Both the position numbers and the translations under genes were made by a program. From a virus (Duplodnaviria; Caudoviricetes): a stretch of DNA of 64,000 nucleotides. Location of the stretch: IMG/VR virus record IMGVR_UViG_3300027983_002389; one strand, written 5' to 3'. The notes under the pieces are model-generated. The model was given only the letters and a program-made list of their open reading frames with translations. It was not told the DNA's origin and did not search any database. Below are positions 19,013-28,213 of this stretch, piece by piece; positions within the stretch are counted from its first letter, which is position 1, and every line of letters starts with the position of its first letter.

Positions 19013-19279
19013 ATGCACTACGTCATACTTATTCCTAAAACATATAAGGATAGACCTTACGTTTACGGGCCATTTGAACACAGCTACTTTGAATTGGGTG
19101 GTTGGATTGGCGACCAAGGACTGGCCATGCAGTATATGGCTCTTGGGAAAATTCTTGGTTTGTGGCAAGTTATGCACCCCGGAATGATCCTGAACGTGAA
19201 TGATCCGGCTCAAAAGCAATTGGCCGATCAAATGGCAGGAGCGGGAATGGTATCAATCTTGGGCAACAAGAAACCTTAA
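19013..19279 (+). CDS. Hypothetical protein
   Basis: ORF directly after a class II element. Confidence 0.65.
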   Translation: MHYVILIPKTYKDRPYVYGPFEHSYFELGGWIGDQGLAMQYMALGKILGLWQVMHPGMILNVNDPAQKQLADQMAGAGMVSILGNKKP

Positions 19280-19280
19280 C

Positions 19281-19309
19281 TTTACAACCATACTTTTTTG
19301 TGGTAAAAT
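19281..19309 (+). promoter_or_regulatory. Sigma-70-type promoter of the PARP-like gene
   Basis: TTTACA-N17-TAAAAT with TGTGG. Confidence 0.75.
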
Positions 19310-19414
19310 ATCACATCAAAAGCCGGATATTCGATATATTCGGCTAAAGTTTGATTGTGGTCTGCCGATATAACTAACAACTACAAACCACTTTCGCCGA
19401 ACTGGAAAACACTC

Positions 19415-21034
19415 ATGTCAAAGAAACTTGGAAAATCCAGCTATCCTGCTGGTCACGGAGCAAGCGATTTTCAATGTTTTGGTCCCCCTGCTCTGGAAGA
19501 TGGCAATTTTGACACCTGCAAGATCGCCGATATGGGATCATTCTCACAGGAAGAAAAGGACTCGAATAAGTATTACCACGCAGCCGTGGTGAAGTCCAAA
19601 ATCTCCAACGCATTCTACACATATTTCGAGTGGGGCCGTGTCGGCGCATCGTCGCCACAGTTCCAGATGATTGAATGTGCCAACGAAGCTGAATCGCAGC
19701 GTGAATTCGCCGCTCAGTGCCACGATAAAAACGACAAGCGTGGCGTGTGGTCTACTGTCGCTGGTCTTCGTACTCTGACAGCTAAACCCGGCAAGGACGT
19801 ATATTTGGTTCGTCAATTGACAACTCGCAGCACTGGTCTGCCTGACGCCAAGACAATCAAATATATTGATCCTAATACTCCGAAAAAGCCTGATCCCAAG
19901 GCGGTATCTGGTTCGGTCGTCAAGAAGTCTTCAAAGAAAGCCGATGCGCATACGAGTCGTTTATTGTCCGATTTGATCGGCGGCACGATTAAGTACACCC
20001 GTTCGGCGATGGCTGATGATAGCCTACCTACTCAGACGGCTATTGACCAAGCCCGCACCATTATCACTGAGGCGCAGAAGCGTGTTGGTGCTGTGGGTGA
20101 TGATTTGGACGATCAAATTGCAGATAAAGAGCTTCGGGTATATTCGTCCGAATTGTATCGGCGTATTCCGAAGGTCAAAGCTGTCGGCACACCTGATAGT
20201 GTGTGGATTCTGAGTGGCAACAACATCCTGTCTTGGCAACAGGACTTAGACGCCTTTGAGTCTGCTCTGACGGGACAGGCCCAGGTCGAAAACGATAGTG
20301 ATTCCGATCCGTTCCACGGTCTGCCGCTTCACATGGAGTGGATTGACCCCAAGACTGATCTTGGTAAATTCCTCACCTTTTGGTGGCCAAAGGCGACGGC
20401 AAATCGTCACGGCCATATTGGGTCGATGAAAATTAAGAATCTGTGGAAGGTGGATCGTCACGGTGACGACGAAAAGTTCACCAAGACACAGGATAAGATT
20501 TATTCTGAAATTGCCGGGGCCAAACTTAGTGAGTCCCCATTGTTTCAGCCCAGCGAACGGCACGATGTTGATCCAAAGCGTCGTGAAGTATTCAGTGGTT
20601 CCAATACTGCTCTATTGTTTCACGGAACTCGTTCAGTTAACGTGAAGGGCATCTTGGAGACAAATTTCCGTCTGCCAAAACAATTGGTCGGAGTGCCAAT
20701 TGCCGGTGCTATGTTTGGCCCGTTGCACTATGAAGCTGATGATTGGAAAAAATCAGCCGGATATACGTCGCTTCGGGGTTCAATCTGGTCTGGCGGTAGC
20801 GGTAGCGTTGCTGGGCGGTCTGCCTTTATGTTTGCTAACGATGTTGTTTTGGGAGAACCATATGTTGCTCCTGGACCTCATGGTTATCAGAATGCACCGA
20901 AAGGAACTCATTGCATTTTTGGTATGGGCAAAAACCACGGCAAGAATCGTAATAGTGGAGTTGAAAACAACGAGTGGGTTGTTCCTGATATTTCGCAAGT
21001 TCGCATCAGATACTTGGCAGAATTTGATTCTTGA
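19415..21034 (+). CDS. PARP-like ADP-ribosyltransferase (WGR, helical and catalytic domains)
   Basis: NKYY...EWGRVG; LLFHGTRS.N..GIL, GAMFG..HYEAD..KSAGY, NNEWVV...IRYL (H-Y-E triad). Confidence 0.85.
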   Translation: MSKKLGKSSYPAGHGASDFQCFGPPALEDGNFDTCKIADMGSFSQEEKDSNKYYHAAVVKSKISNAFYTYFEWGRVGASSPQFQMIECANEAESQREFAAQCHDKNDKRGVWSTVAGLRTLTAKPGKDVYLVRQLTTRSTGLPDAKTIKYIDPNTPKKPDPKAVSGSVVKKSSKKADAHTSRLLSDLIGGTIKYTRSAMADDSLPTQTAIDQARTIITEAQKRVGAVGDDLDDQIADKELRVYSSELYRRIPKVKAVGTPDSVWILSGNNILSWQQDLDAFESALTGQAQVENDSDSDPFHGLPLHMEWIDPKTDLGKFLTFWWPKATANRHGHIGSMKIKNLWKVDRHGDDEKFTKTQDKIYSEIAGAKLSESPLFQPSERHDVDPKRREVFSGSNTALLFHGTRSVNVKGILETNFRLPKQLVGVPIAGAMFGPLHYEADDWKKSAGYTSLRGSIWSGGSGSVAGRSAFMFANDVVLGEPYVAPGPHGYQNAPKGTHCIFGMGKNHGKNRNSGVENNEWVVPDISQVRIRYLAEFDS

Positions 21035-21042
21035 AATACTAT

Positions 21043-21086
21043 AATACTCTAGTCGTCTTTCATTGTGTGACGATGATTGGAGTATT
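21043..21086 (+). promoter_or_regulatory. Hairpin sequestering the RBS of the endonuclease gene
   Basis: AATACTCTAGTC pairs with GATTGGAGTATT, which contains GGAG. Confidence 0.6.
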
Positions 21087-21092
21087 TATATT

Positions 21093-21905
21093 ATGCCAAG
21101 AGGAAGACCGCCAACTCACCAAAAACTATTGGACCGAGAGTTTTTGTGCGAAAAGTATCTGACTGAAAAGTGGTCCACAGTAAAGATAGCGAAACTTGTT
21201 GGCTGCGACCCAAAAGCAGTTAATTACAAGTTGAGAAAATATGGAATTGTCCCTCGAAATTTCAGCGAATCGCACCGGATTGACAAATGGTCATTCACTG
21301 GAGACAAAAGTGTTCTTTACGGGTCATTGCTTGGTGATGGCTCGTTATTGCGGCGGAATAAACAAACTGGCCAAGGTCAAGCCAGTTTTAGCAAAAAGAA
21401 TGTGGGTTACGATCATGTTTGTTTTGTTGGATGGAAATTGCTTATGAGTGATCCAACGGAGAGAATAACCGAATATCACCCAGAAAAAGGTAGGACACAA
21501 TTTAAGTTTACAACAAGAAATTGTGTCGAGTTTTTGGACGAATACCAAAGGTGGTATCCATCAGGGGATAAAGTCGTTCCTCATGATTTAATCCTCGACC
21601 AAAAAATTCTCCTTCATTGGTTTTTGGATGATGGTCATTGCTGTTGGAAAAATGAAAAGAAGACACGAACTCACATTGGGTTTTCAACAGAATCTTTTTC
21701 AAAAGAGAATTGTGAATATCTGTGTGCAGAATTCGGTCGCCTGGGGTGTGCGGCGCATCTTGGAAAAAGTCATGCTGGTCATGGGCATGTTATTGCGTTA
21801 CGGGCGAAATCGCATCGAGATTTTTTCGATTTGATTGGCCCGTGTCCTGCGGAGATTCCCAGTATGATATATAAATGGAAAATTCCTTGTGAGGAAACGA
21901 AGTGA
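21093..21905 (+). mobile_element. Free-standing LAGLIDADG homing endonuclease with N-terminal HTH
   Basis: YGSLLGDGSL, HWFLDDG, STESFS, MIYKW. Confidence 0.85.
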
Positions 21906-22008
21906 TGATGTGGCAACTGGATATTGGTATTTTCTAATGAGCAATTCGAGTTTAGTCCCGGTCGTTTAGACGGTCGGGTTGACGACTGAATTCGAGACGT
22001 AAGAGAAT

Positions 22009-22137
22009 AGCCCCGGCTGCTAGAGTTCATAGCGGGATACTCCCGTGGTCGGGTCGATCTCTTATAAAGATTGGGATAGGGTTCGATTCCCGTAGACAAA
22101 ATGCCTGATTATGGCCACCGAAACAGCCGGGGTTTTT
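22009..22137 (+). ncRNA. Structured tRNA-like RNA enclosed by a long-range stem
   Basis: CCCCGGCTG/CAGCCGGGG closing stem, CGATCT-CTTATAA-AGATTG arm, GGG-TTCGATT-CCC T-arm. Confidence 0.5.
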
Positions 22138-22143
22138 ACGAAT

Positions 22144-22177
22144 TAGGTCGAACCAAAATCAACTGTTGCTCTCTTGG
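22144..22177 (+). promoter_or_regulatory. Class II element
   Basis: TAGGTCGAACCAAA-N11-CTCTCTTGG. Confidence 0.8.
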
Positions 22178-22200
22178 TGATTGCGACAGTTGATTGATGC

Positions 22201-22225
22201 AAACCAAACCAAACCAAACCAAACC
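22201..22225 (+). repeat. (AAACC)x5 in 5' UTR
   Basis: Five exact copies before the AAGGA RBS. Confidence 0.95.
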
Positions 22226-22241
22226 CAAAGGAATTTCCAAA

Positions 22242-23081
22242 ATGAACAATGCAAGTCTTGTCCCGGTTATCGAAACAGTCGTGGACGAAAAGGTTCAAGC
22301 CGGTGAATTGTTCACCGCCCATGATGTGACTATTGAGGTCCGCAGTCGAGGTCATCGAACTGGTCATGGTGAAGTCCGTGATGCCGTTCATGACTATTAT
22401 GGTCGAGGCGGTTTGGGTGTTGCCTATACTCGCACCAATATCTCGGTGCTGGGCGGCAACCCATATTTGTACCATCGTGGTGCAGATGACGTTTCGACTT
22501 ACCATAATGTTCGTGGTGGCGGAAACAACCCAACGCCGGTCGTCACTCACTATGTTGCTGGAGGGCAAAAGAATTCAACGATTCAAGTTCCTCCGGTTGG
22601 TCAGAGTGGCGATGATGACGATGGCGATGGCGCTGCTGCCGGACAAACTGTGACCATTCCTTCGATTCTTTTGGGCAGTCTTTTGGACAGTCTGTCTTCA
22701 GTGCCTCAGAATTCCGTAGCTGGCATTGCAATTTCAGGCACAAACGGTCATGCTCGCAATAGTTCGACACGCACCAGCAATAAACCGGGCAATACCAAGG
22801 CTCGCACTGTTGATGGTCGTGGGACGCTGAGTATCCCTGCTCCGATTATTCGGCAGCTTGGATTTAAGCCTCGCCAAAAAGTATACGCAGTGGCGGCGAC
22901 TAATGGCGTGGATATTGTTGCCACGCAGCCTCCGGCATCTGCCGTATATTCAACCTTCACGGTTGACGATCACGAACAAGTTCGTCTGACACAGGCGTTG
23001 TTGCAGCGTGCCGGTATTGCTGGCACGCAATATGATGTCGAACAATTGACCAATAAGGTGGTAGTCAAACTTTCCAAGTAG
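22242..23081 (+). CDS. Hypothetical protein with AbrB/MraZ-like C-terminal repeats
   Basis: TVDGRGTLSIPAPIIRQLG and TVDDHEQVRLTQALLQRAG. Confidence 0.6.
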   Translation: MNNASLVPVIETVVDEKVQAGELFTAHDVTIEVRSRGHRTGHGEVRDAVHDYYGRGGLGVAYTRTNISVLGGNPYLYHRGADDVSTYHNVRGGGNNPTPVVTHYVAGGQKNSTIQVPPVGQSGDDDDGDGAAAGQTVTIPSILLGSLLDSLSSVPQNSVAGIAISGTNGHARNSSTRTSNKPGNTKARTVDGRGTLSIPAPIIRQLGFKPRQKVYAVAATNGVDIVATQPPASAVYSTFTVDDHEQVRLTQALLQRAGIAGTQYDVEQLTNKVVVKLSK

Positions 23082-23083
23082 AC

Positions 23084-23112
23084 TTTACACCATTGAAAAT
23101 CAGTGGTATAAT
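23084..23112 (+). promoter_or_regulatory. Sigma-70-type promoter
   Basis: TTTACA-N17-TATAAT. Confidence 0.8.
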
Positions 23113-23191
23113 CTTGCCACTGAAGTTTAGTAAACCCGAACCGAAACTTTTCAACCGACTAAAACCTGACTCTGATAAAAAGGGATTATCC

Positions 23192-24859
23192 ATGAGCGAT
23201 GAAGTCATCACGCTGTCGAGAGACGAATTTGAGGAAATCAAGGGGCAATTGGTGTTCCTTGACGCCGAACTTTCTCGGCTGCTTGCTCAACCTTTGGTTT
23301 ATGCCACGGTTGTCAAGGCCGACAACAAGTTCAATCTGGAAGTCTTCGAGCAGGGCGACCGAATGCTCGTTATTGACAAGGAACTTCGCAAGCAGAAGAA
23401 GTTCTACGGCAAGATTGCATCTGCCGGTGTCGATGAAGACGGCTGGGTGATTTTGGAATATCCTCATGGTGGTCGTGATCGACTGAACATCGGACTCAAG
23501 ACGGAACTACCCCAGGTAAAGTTGTTGGGTAAAGATGACGGCATGAACATCGTCATCACCTTCGACGGAAAGCTGTTTGAAGTTCACGGTCTGCCGGGCG
23601 TCTTCTTCAAGCCTTCCGAAAACGTGAAGGTCGATATGGAGACGAAGCAGATTCACTCCAGTACGGGCGTCAGCAGCGCCGGTGACGTGGTTTACATCAA
23701 GTCCATTGTGGACGAAAACCACGTTGAAGTTGAGAGCAACGGCAACAACCGTGTGGTGATCTTCGGCCTCGATCAGAAGATCGAACCGAGTGATCGTGTA
23801 ATGTTGGATAATTCCAACACGGTTGTTCTTCGAGTGTTGGAGCGTGACGGAAAGGATCGCTTCAACTTGACGGAAACTTCCGATACGAAGTGGGAAGACA
23901 TTGCCGGGTTGGAAGACGCCAAGGAACAACTGATCGAAGCGTTGGAAACTCCGTATCAGCACCCGGAAATTTACAAGTTCTACAATATGACTCCTCCCAA
24001 GGGTGTCCTGTTGTATGGACCACAAGGTTGTGGGAAGACGCTGACTGCCAAGGCAGCGGCAGCTTCTCTGGCTCGTACACACGGGTCGGAAAACTTCCAG
24101 TCGGGATTCATTTACGTCAAGGGGCCGGAACTACTGTCTAAGTGGGTTGGTCAGACCGAACAAGAAATTCGTGGTCTGTTCACCCGTGGTCGGGAACACT
24201 TCCAAAAGCATGGCTATCCTGCCTTGCTGTTCATTGACGAAGCTGATGCCCTTCTGCCGATGAGAGGGACTGGCAAGAGCAGCGACGTGGAAAACACCAT
24301 CGTCCCTCAGTTCTTGTCGGAAATGGATGGATTGGAAACGTCAGGCGTGATGGTTTTGTTGGCTACAAACCAACCGAAGCGTTTGGACCCCGCTATTGTT
24401 CGTGAAGGTCGTATTGACCGTCACGTCAAGATCAGCCGACCAACCGCAAAGAATGCTATTGAATACTTCCGAATTCACATGAGGGGTATGCCACTGGCGA
24501 AGGGCGTGGAGCCGGATGAAGTAGCGACACTTGCTGCTGCTGAACTCTTCCATGCTCAACGAGCATTGTACCGTGTGACTCATCGACAGACGGCGGAAAT
24601 TTTCCGTCTGGCTGATGCTGTGACGGGGGCGATGATTGCCGGAGTCGTGGCACAAGCCAAGTCCATCGCTATGAAGCGGGATTTGGCAAAGGGCGGCAAG
24701 CCGAAGGGCGTGTTGCCAGATGACTTCGCTGTTTCGGTGAACAATCACCATATTCAGCACGCTGATCTGAACGCTACGTTCGATCTGGAAGATTTCTGTG
24801 ATCGCCTTGGCTTCGACCGCAAGGCAGTCAATGTTGAAAAGTTGGCTGTTGCCAAGTAA
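23192..24859 (+). CDS. ARC/Mpa-like proteasomal AAA+ ATPase
   Basis: Coiled coil and OB-like N-terminus, KGVLLYGPQGCGKT, KGPELLSKWVG, IVPQFLSEMDG, GAMIAGVV..AK..A.KR. Confidence 0.85.
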   Translation: MSDEVITLSRDEFEEIKGQLVFLDAELSRLLAQPLVYATVVKADNKFNLEVFEQGDRMLVIDKELRKQKKFYGKIASAGVDEDGWVILEYPHGGRDRLNIGLKTELPQVKLLGKDDGMNIVITFDGKLFEVHGLPGVFFKPSENVKVDMETKQIHSSTGVSSAGDVVYIKSIVDENHVEVESNGNNRVVIFGLDQKIEPSDRVMLDNSNTVVLRVLERDGKDRFNLTETSDTKWEDIAGLEDAKEQLIEALETPYQHPEIYKFYNMTPPKGVLLYGPQGCGKTLTAKAAAASLARTHGSENFQSGFIYVKGPELLSKWVGQTEQEIRGLFTRGREHFQKHGYPALLFIDEADALLPMRGTGKSSDVENTIVPQFLSEMDGLETSGVMVLLATNQPKRLDPAIVREGRIDRHVKISRPTAKNAIEYFRIHMRGMPLAKGVEPDEVATLAAAELFHAQRALYRVTHRQTAEIFRLADAVTGAMIAGVVAQAKSIAMKRDLAKGGKPKGVLPDDFAVSVNNHHIQHADLNATFDLEDFCDRLGFDRKAVNVEKLAVAK

Positions 24860-24890
24860 TTGGTGCAGTAAAAACTTAAAGGTTACACTG

Positions 24891-24930
24891 CTGCCCGGTC
24901 ATCGTGGGGATGACCGGGCAGTTTGTGTTT
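24891..24930 (+). terminator. Rho-independent terminator
   Basis: CTGCCCGGTCATC/GATGACCGGGCAG followed by a T-rich tail. Confidence 0.8.
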
Positions 24931-24956
24931 ACAGAACACGTCAAATGGGGTAGAAT
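24928..24956 (+). promoter_or_regulatory. Sigma-70-type promoter
   Basis: TTTACA-N17-TAGAAT. Confidence 0.75.
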
Positions 24957-24964
24957 CATCCATC

Positions 24965-26371
24965 ATGTTTACTCTAATGGAAGCATACGAAGCACTGAAT
25001 GGTCACGACGAATTTGCCGTAAAGGTTTACGACGGCAAAGTTTCGTTTGATTACATCGTTATTTTTCCGGGGTCTTTTGATGCCACCGAGGACGAAATTC
25101 GGCATCGTGCTTATCTCCTGTGGGAGCAAGCTGGTGGTCCGGTTATAGACGCTGCACAATTCTGGCTACAAGCAGAACGAGATATTAAGCATTTTGCTCA
25201 CCTTCGTCGTAATTTTCGTGGCGTTACTTTTGACGTAGCAACCGGCGAAATGATTTCGTTGCCACTCCATAAGTTTTTTAACGTCAACCAAATTCCAGAA
25301 ACTCAATATGATGTTATCAAGCATCATGATGCTGTTATCTATGAGAAGATGGATGGGACGATGATTCACTTCTTCCTGCATAACGGGAAGTTGGAGGCTG
25401 CAACCTGTCGTTCGACGCATCACCCATTGGCACATGAAGCCTTGGCCTTGGCTAAGAAGAATGGCATTGATGGAATGATTGTCGATACCATCAAGAATGG
25501 TTGGACGCCAATCTTTGAATTTGTTGCTCCGCATAATCAAGTTGTGGTGCAATATGCTGAACTACGTTTGGTGCATCTGGTATCTCGTGAACGCAAATCA
25601 GGGAAATATCATTACGATAATTCTTTTCCTGATAAGGCACGGCGTTTTGAATTTAAGTTTGGTCAGGTTTTCAATAACCTAGATCATACTGAGTTCGAGG
25701 GATATGTTTGTCATTTGCCAAATATGGTTGTCAAAGCAAAGACTCCCTGGTACATGGAACGTCACCGGGCTGTAGACGCTTTGATGCGCCCGGCATACAA
25801 ACTGTACAGAATCGTATTCGATGGTCTGATGGACGACTTGATCGCCATTGCCACCGAGCCTTACAAGCCAGCACTTCGTAAGGTTTACGAAGAGGCGCAA
25901 CGTGATCTTCTTAATGAGAAGCGGCGAGTCGAGGCAGAATTTGCCGAGGTTGAGGAACTTTCTGAAAAATCTTTGACTCTAACGGACGAACCAAATCCGT
26001 TGACCGATTTGGAGAAAGAAGTCAATCTCCTGAAGGATCAAGACAAGCGTTTGGGCGCAATCAAGCGGGTTCGTGAATTCACTGGACTTGGCTTGAACGA
26101 GTCGAAGGCTTATGTTGAGCGTGGTGTGTGGCCACACGGTTTCATTCGTCGTGATGAACAAGAATTTGAGGCACGTCGGCTGATTCGCAACAAGGGTGGC
26201 TTTGCTGATCTTGTTCGAGAAAAGTATCTGGACGACTTCAATCTCATCATGGCCTTGTATCAAGGGCGTGATCCTAGCGATGGGATCAAAGAACGGCTGA
26301 TGGAGGTTTATCGTGCCAAATACCCCCAAAAACTCTACGCCAAACTTGAGGATAAGAATGAAGATGGGTAA
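24965..26371 (+). CDS. T4 Rnl1-family RNA ligase with DUF2934-like and L7/L12-CTD-like inserts
   Basis: RGVTF, HKFFNVN, YEKMDGTMI, IFEFVAP.NQVVV.Y, EGYV, VKAKTPWY. Confidence 0.85.
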   Translation: MFTLMEAYEALNGHDEFAVKVYDGKVSFDYIVIFPGSFDATEDEIRHRAYLLWEQAGGPVIDAAQFWLQAERDIKHFAHLRRNFRGVTFDVATGEMISLPLHKFFNVNQIPETQYDVIKHHDAVIYEKMDGTMIHFFLHNGKLEAATCRSTHHPLAHEALALAKKNGIDGMIVDTIKNGWTPIFEFVAPHNQVVVQYAELRLVHLVSRERKSGKYHYDNSFPDKARRFEFKFGQVFNNLDHTEFEGYVCHLPNMVVKAKTPWYMERHRAVDALMRPAYKLYRIVFDGLMDDLIAIATEPYKPALRKVYEEAQRDLLNEKRRVEAEFAEVEELSEKSLTLTDEPNPLTDLEKEVNLLKDQDKRLGAIKRVREFTGLGLNESKAYVERGVWPHGFIRRDEQEFEARRLIRNKGGFADLVREKYLDDFNLIMALYQGRDPSDGIKERLMEVYRAKYPQKLYAKLEDKNEDG

Positions 26372-26397
26372 CATGGAAGGCACTCATAAGGAGCGAT

Positions 26398-26667
26398 ATG
26401 CCAAAGTTTAAGGTGATGAGCGGCGAGTTTGAGGTCGTGGTCAACGAGAAGACGCTCCGATCGGCTGGCGACTTGGCGGTTCAGCTTCACAACAAGAGCA
26501 ATCATCCCAGCAAGCTGGGAGAGTTGACCTTGGTGGAAAAGCTGAACCGCCAGAGCCAACCCACCGGGGATCATATCTTTATTTCCACTCAAATTTTGCT
26601 GGATGAAAATACTGCGGGTTTAGGTGGAGATACAGGTCAATACTCTCGAATTGAGGAAGAAGAATGA
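26398..26667 (+). CDS. Hypothetical protein
   Basis: AGGAG RBS. Confidence 0.7.
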   Translation: MPKFKVMSGEFEVVVNEKTLRSAGDLAVQLHNKSNHPSKLGELTLVEKLNRQSQPTGDHIFISTQILLDENTAGLGGDTGQYSRIEEEE

Positions 26668-27317
26668 TTCAGATCAATGGCGTGTCAAAAGTAACTGATT
26701 TCAAGTGGCTCAATCTGTATGACGTGGATTTTACCACGAGAGACGGAAAGCAAGGACACTGGACATTTGCTAGTCGCAAGACGCCACAACCAGCAGGATC
26801 ACCACTCGTCGCCGACGCTGTTGTGATTATTCCACTGCTCAAAGACGGTCGCAAACGGAAGCTGGTCAGCATTAAGGAATTTCGTATTCCCCTGGGCGAC
26901 TACGAATATGGTTTTCCGGCTGGTCTATATGACCACAAGGAAACAGCCGAGGCCGTTGCCAAGCGTGAGTTGAAAGAGGAAACGGGACTCAAGCTGACGA
27001 AGGTTCTTTATGTCAGCCCTGCTTGTGTTTCTTCGGCTGGTCTTTCTGATGAATCTGTGGTGTATGTCGTTTGTGAATGCACTGGAGAGGTCAGCAATGC
27101 TGGCAATGAGGGTTCAGAAGATATTGCAGTTCAACTTCTCGATATTGATGGTGTTCGAGCGCTCCGTCAATCTCCCAACAAGATTTCTGCCAAAGCCATT
27201 ACTTTCCTGTTGATGTTCGACGCCATGAATAAGATCGCTTGGCCAAAACATCTTCGTCAGGAACAGCCAAAAAAGGCGAAGAAAGAAACTCTACAAACGG
27301 CTGATCCTGTGGTATGA
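26664..27317 (+). CDS. Nudix hydrolase, ADP-ribose pyrophosphatase-like
   Basis: EFRIP...FPAGLYD..E....AKRELKEETG Nudix box, SSAGLSDE. Confidence 0.9.
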   Translation: MIQINGVSKVTDFKWLNLYDVDFTTRDGKQGHWTFASRKTPQPAGSPLVADAVVIIPLLKDGRKRKLVSIKEFRIPLGDYEYGFPAGLYDHKETAEAVAKRELKEETGLKLTKVLYVSPACVSSAGLSDESVVYVVCECTGEVSNAGNEGSEDIAVQLLDIDGVRALRQSPNKISAKAITFLLMFDAMNKIAWPKHLRQEQPKKAKKETLQTADPVV

Positions 27318-27342
27318 TATAACCACGAAAGGTGGTGATATC

Positions 27343-27720
27343 ATGTCTTGTTTAACTGATGACAAAAACACATTGGGACTGGTTCGAGTCGAAACCGACA
27401 AGGTTATTCTCGCTTGCAACAAGATGCTGAAAAGCATTTACGATTATCGTTCAGATGCTCGTCGAGAGTATTGCCGACAATGGTTGACCGCTGCCACCAA
27501 AAGGTGGCAGCGGTTTTGGCGTTTTTTTGGGTTTCGCAAACCCGTGTTGAGAGATGCTTTGGAAAACTTTTATGGCGGGCAATTTCCTACATCTTTTGAT
27601 GTGAGTATAAAATTCGGTCTTCAAGAGCGAAATTGCAAAGATTTGCTTCGAGCCGCCAAAGCAACAAACAACTCAACAATGTGGATTTCTACCGAAGGTG
27701 TAAGAACCTGTAGGCTGTAA
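27343..27720 (+). CDS. Hypothetical protein
   Basis: AAGGTGG RBS; TCTACA-N17-TATGAT upstream. Confidence 0.65.
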   Translation: MSCLTDDKNTLGLVRVETDKVILACNKMLKSIYDYRSDARREYCRQWLTAATKRWQRFWRFFGFRKPVLRDALENFYGGQFPTSFDVSIKFGLQERNCKDLLRAAKATNNSTMWISTEGVRTCRL

Positions 27721-27721
27721 T

Positions 27722-28210
27722 ATGAATCAAATTGATGAACTAGAGACTGCTGTGCATCATGCAATTCAATCTGATTCTAATGCGATAGAATCTAGCTATA
27801 AACCTATTAAAGTTGGTGATATTGTTCGCATTGAATCTCGCAAACAAAATGGATCGCTGACGGCAACTGGTTATTGGCGTGTATTGGATTTATATCCACA
27901 ATATTTTTCTCAAAAACGCCTAGACGAAATTGCTGCCGATGTTGAATACTTTCGCTCAAGTGATAGACCAAGAGACAAAAAGTGGGCAGAAATTTTAATC
28001 ACATGCTATGGAGATAAGGTGGTTGGCGATAAAGACTCGCCACACTTATGGTGTGAAAAAGTAATGTCTGAGAACTATGTTGTGATTCAACGAAAAATAC
28101 GTCAGCAATTTGAATCTACAGATTGCACTAAAGTCACACGCATGTTTGTTTCTGAGCTTTATCAAGATACGATAGCCAAATTGGAATTTTTGTTGCCAGA
28201 TAGCGAGTAA
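27722..28210 (+). CDS. Hypothetical protein
   Basis: Operon-packed ORF. Confidence 0.65.
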   Translation: MNQIDELETAVHHAIQSDSNAIESSYKPIKVGDIVRIESRKQNGSLTATGYWRVLDLYPQYFSQKRLDEIAADVEYFRSSDRPRDKKWAEILITCYGDKVVGDKDSPHLWCEKVMSENYVVIQRKIRQQFESTDCTKVTRMFVSELYQDTIAKLEFLLPDSE

Positions 28211-28213
28211 ACC

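Noticed and set aside
21035-22140. Group I intron or intein around the LAGLIDADG gene
   Set aside because: Flanking genes are complete, and I could not identify P7 core or splice-junction motifs.
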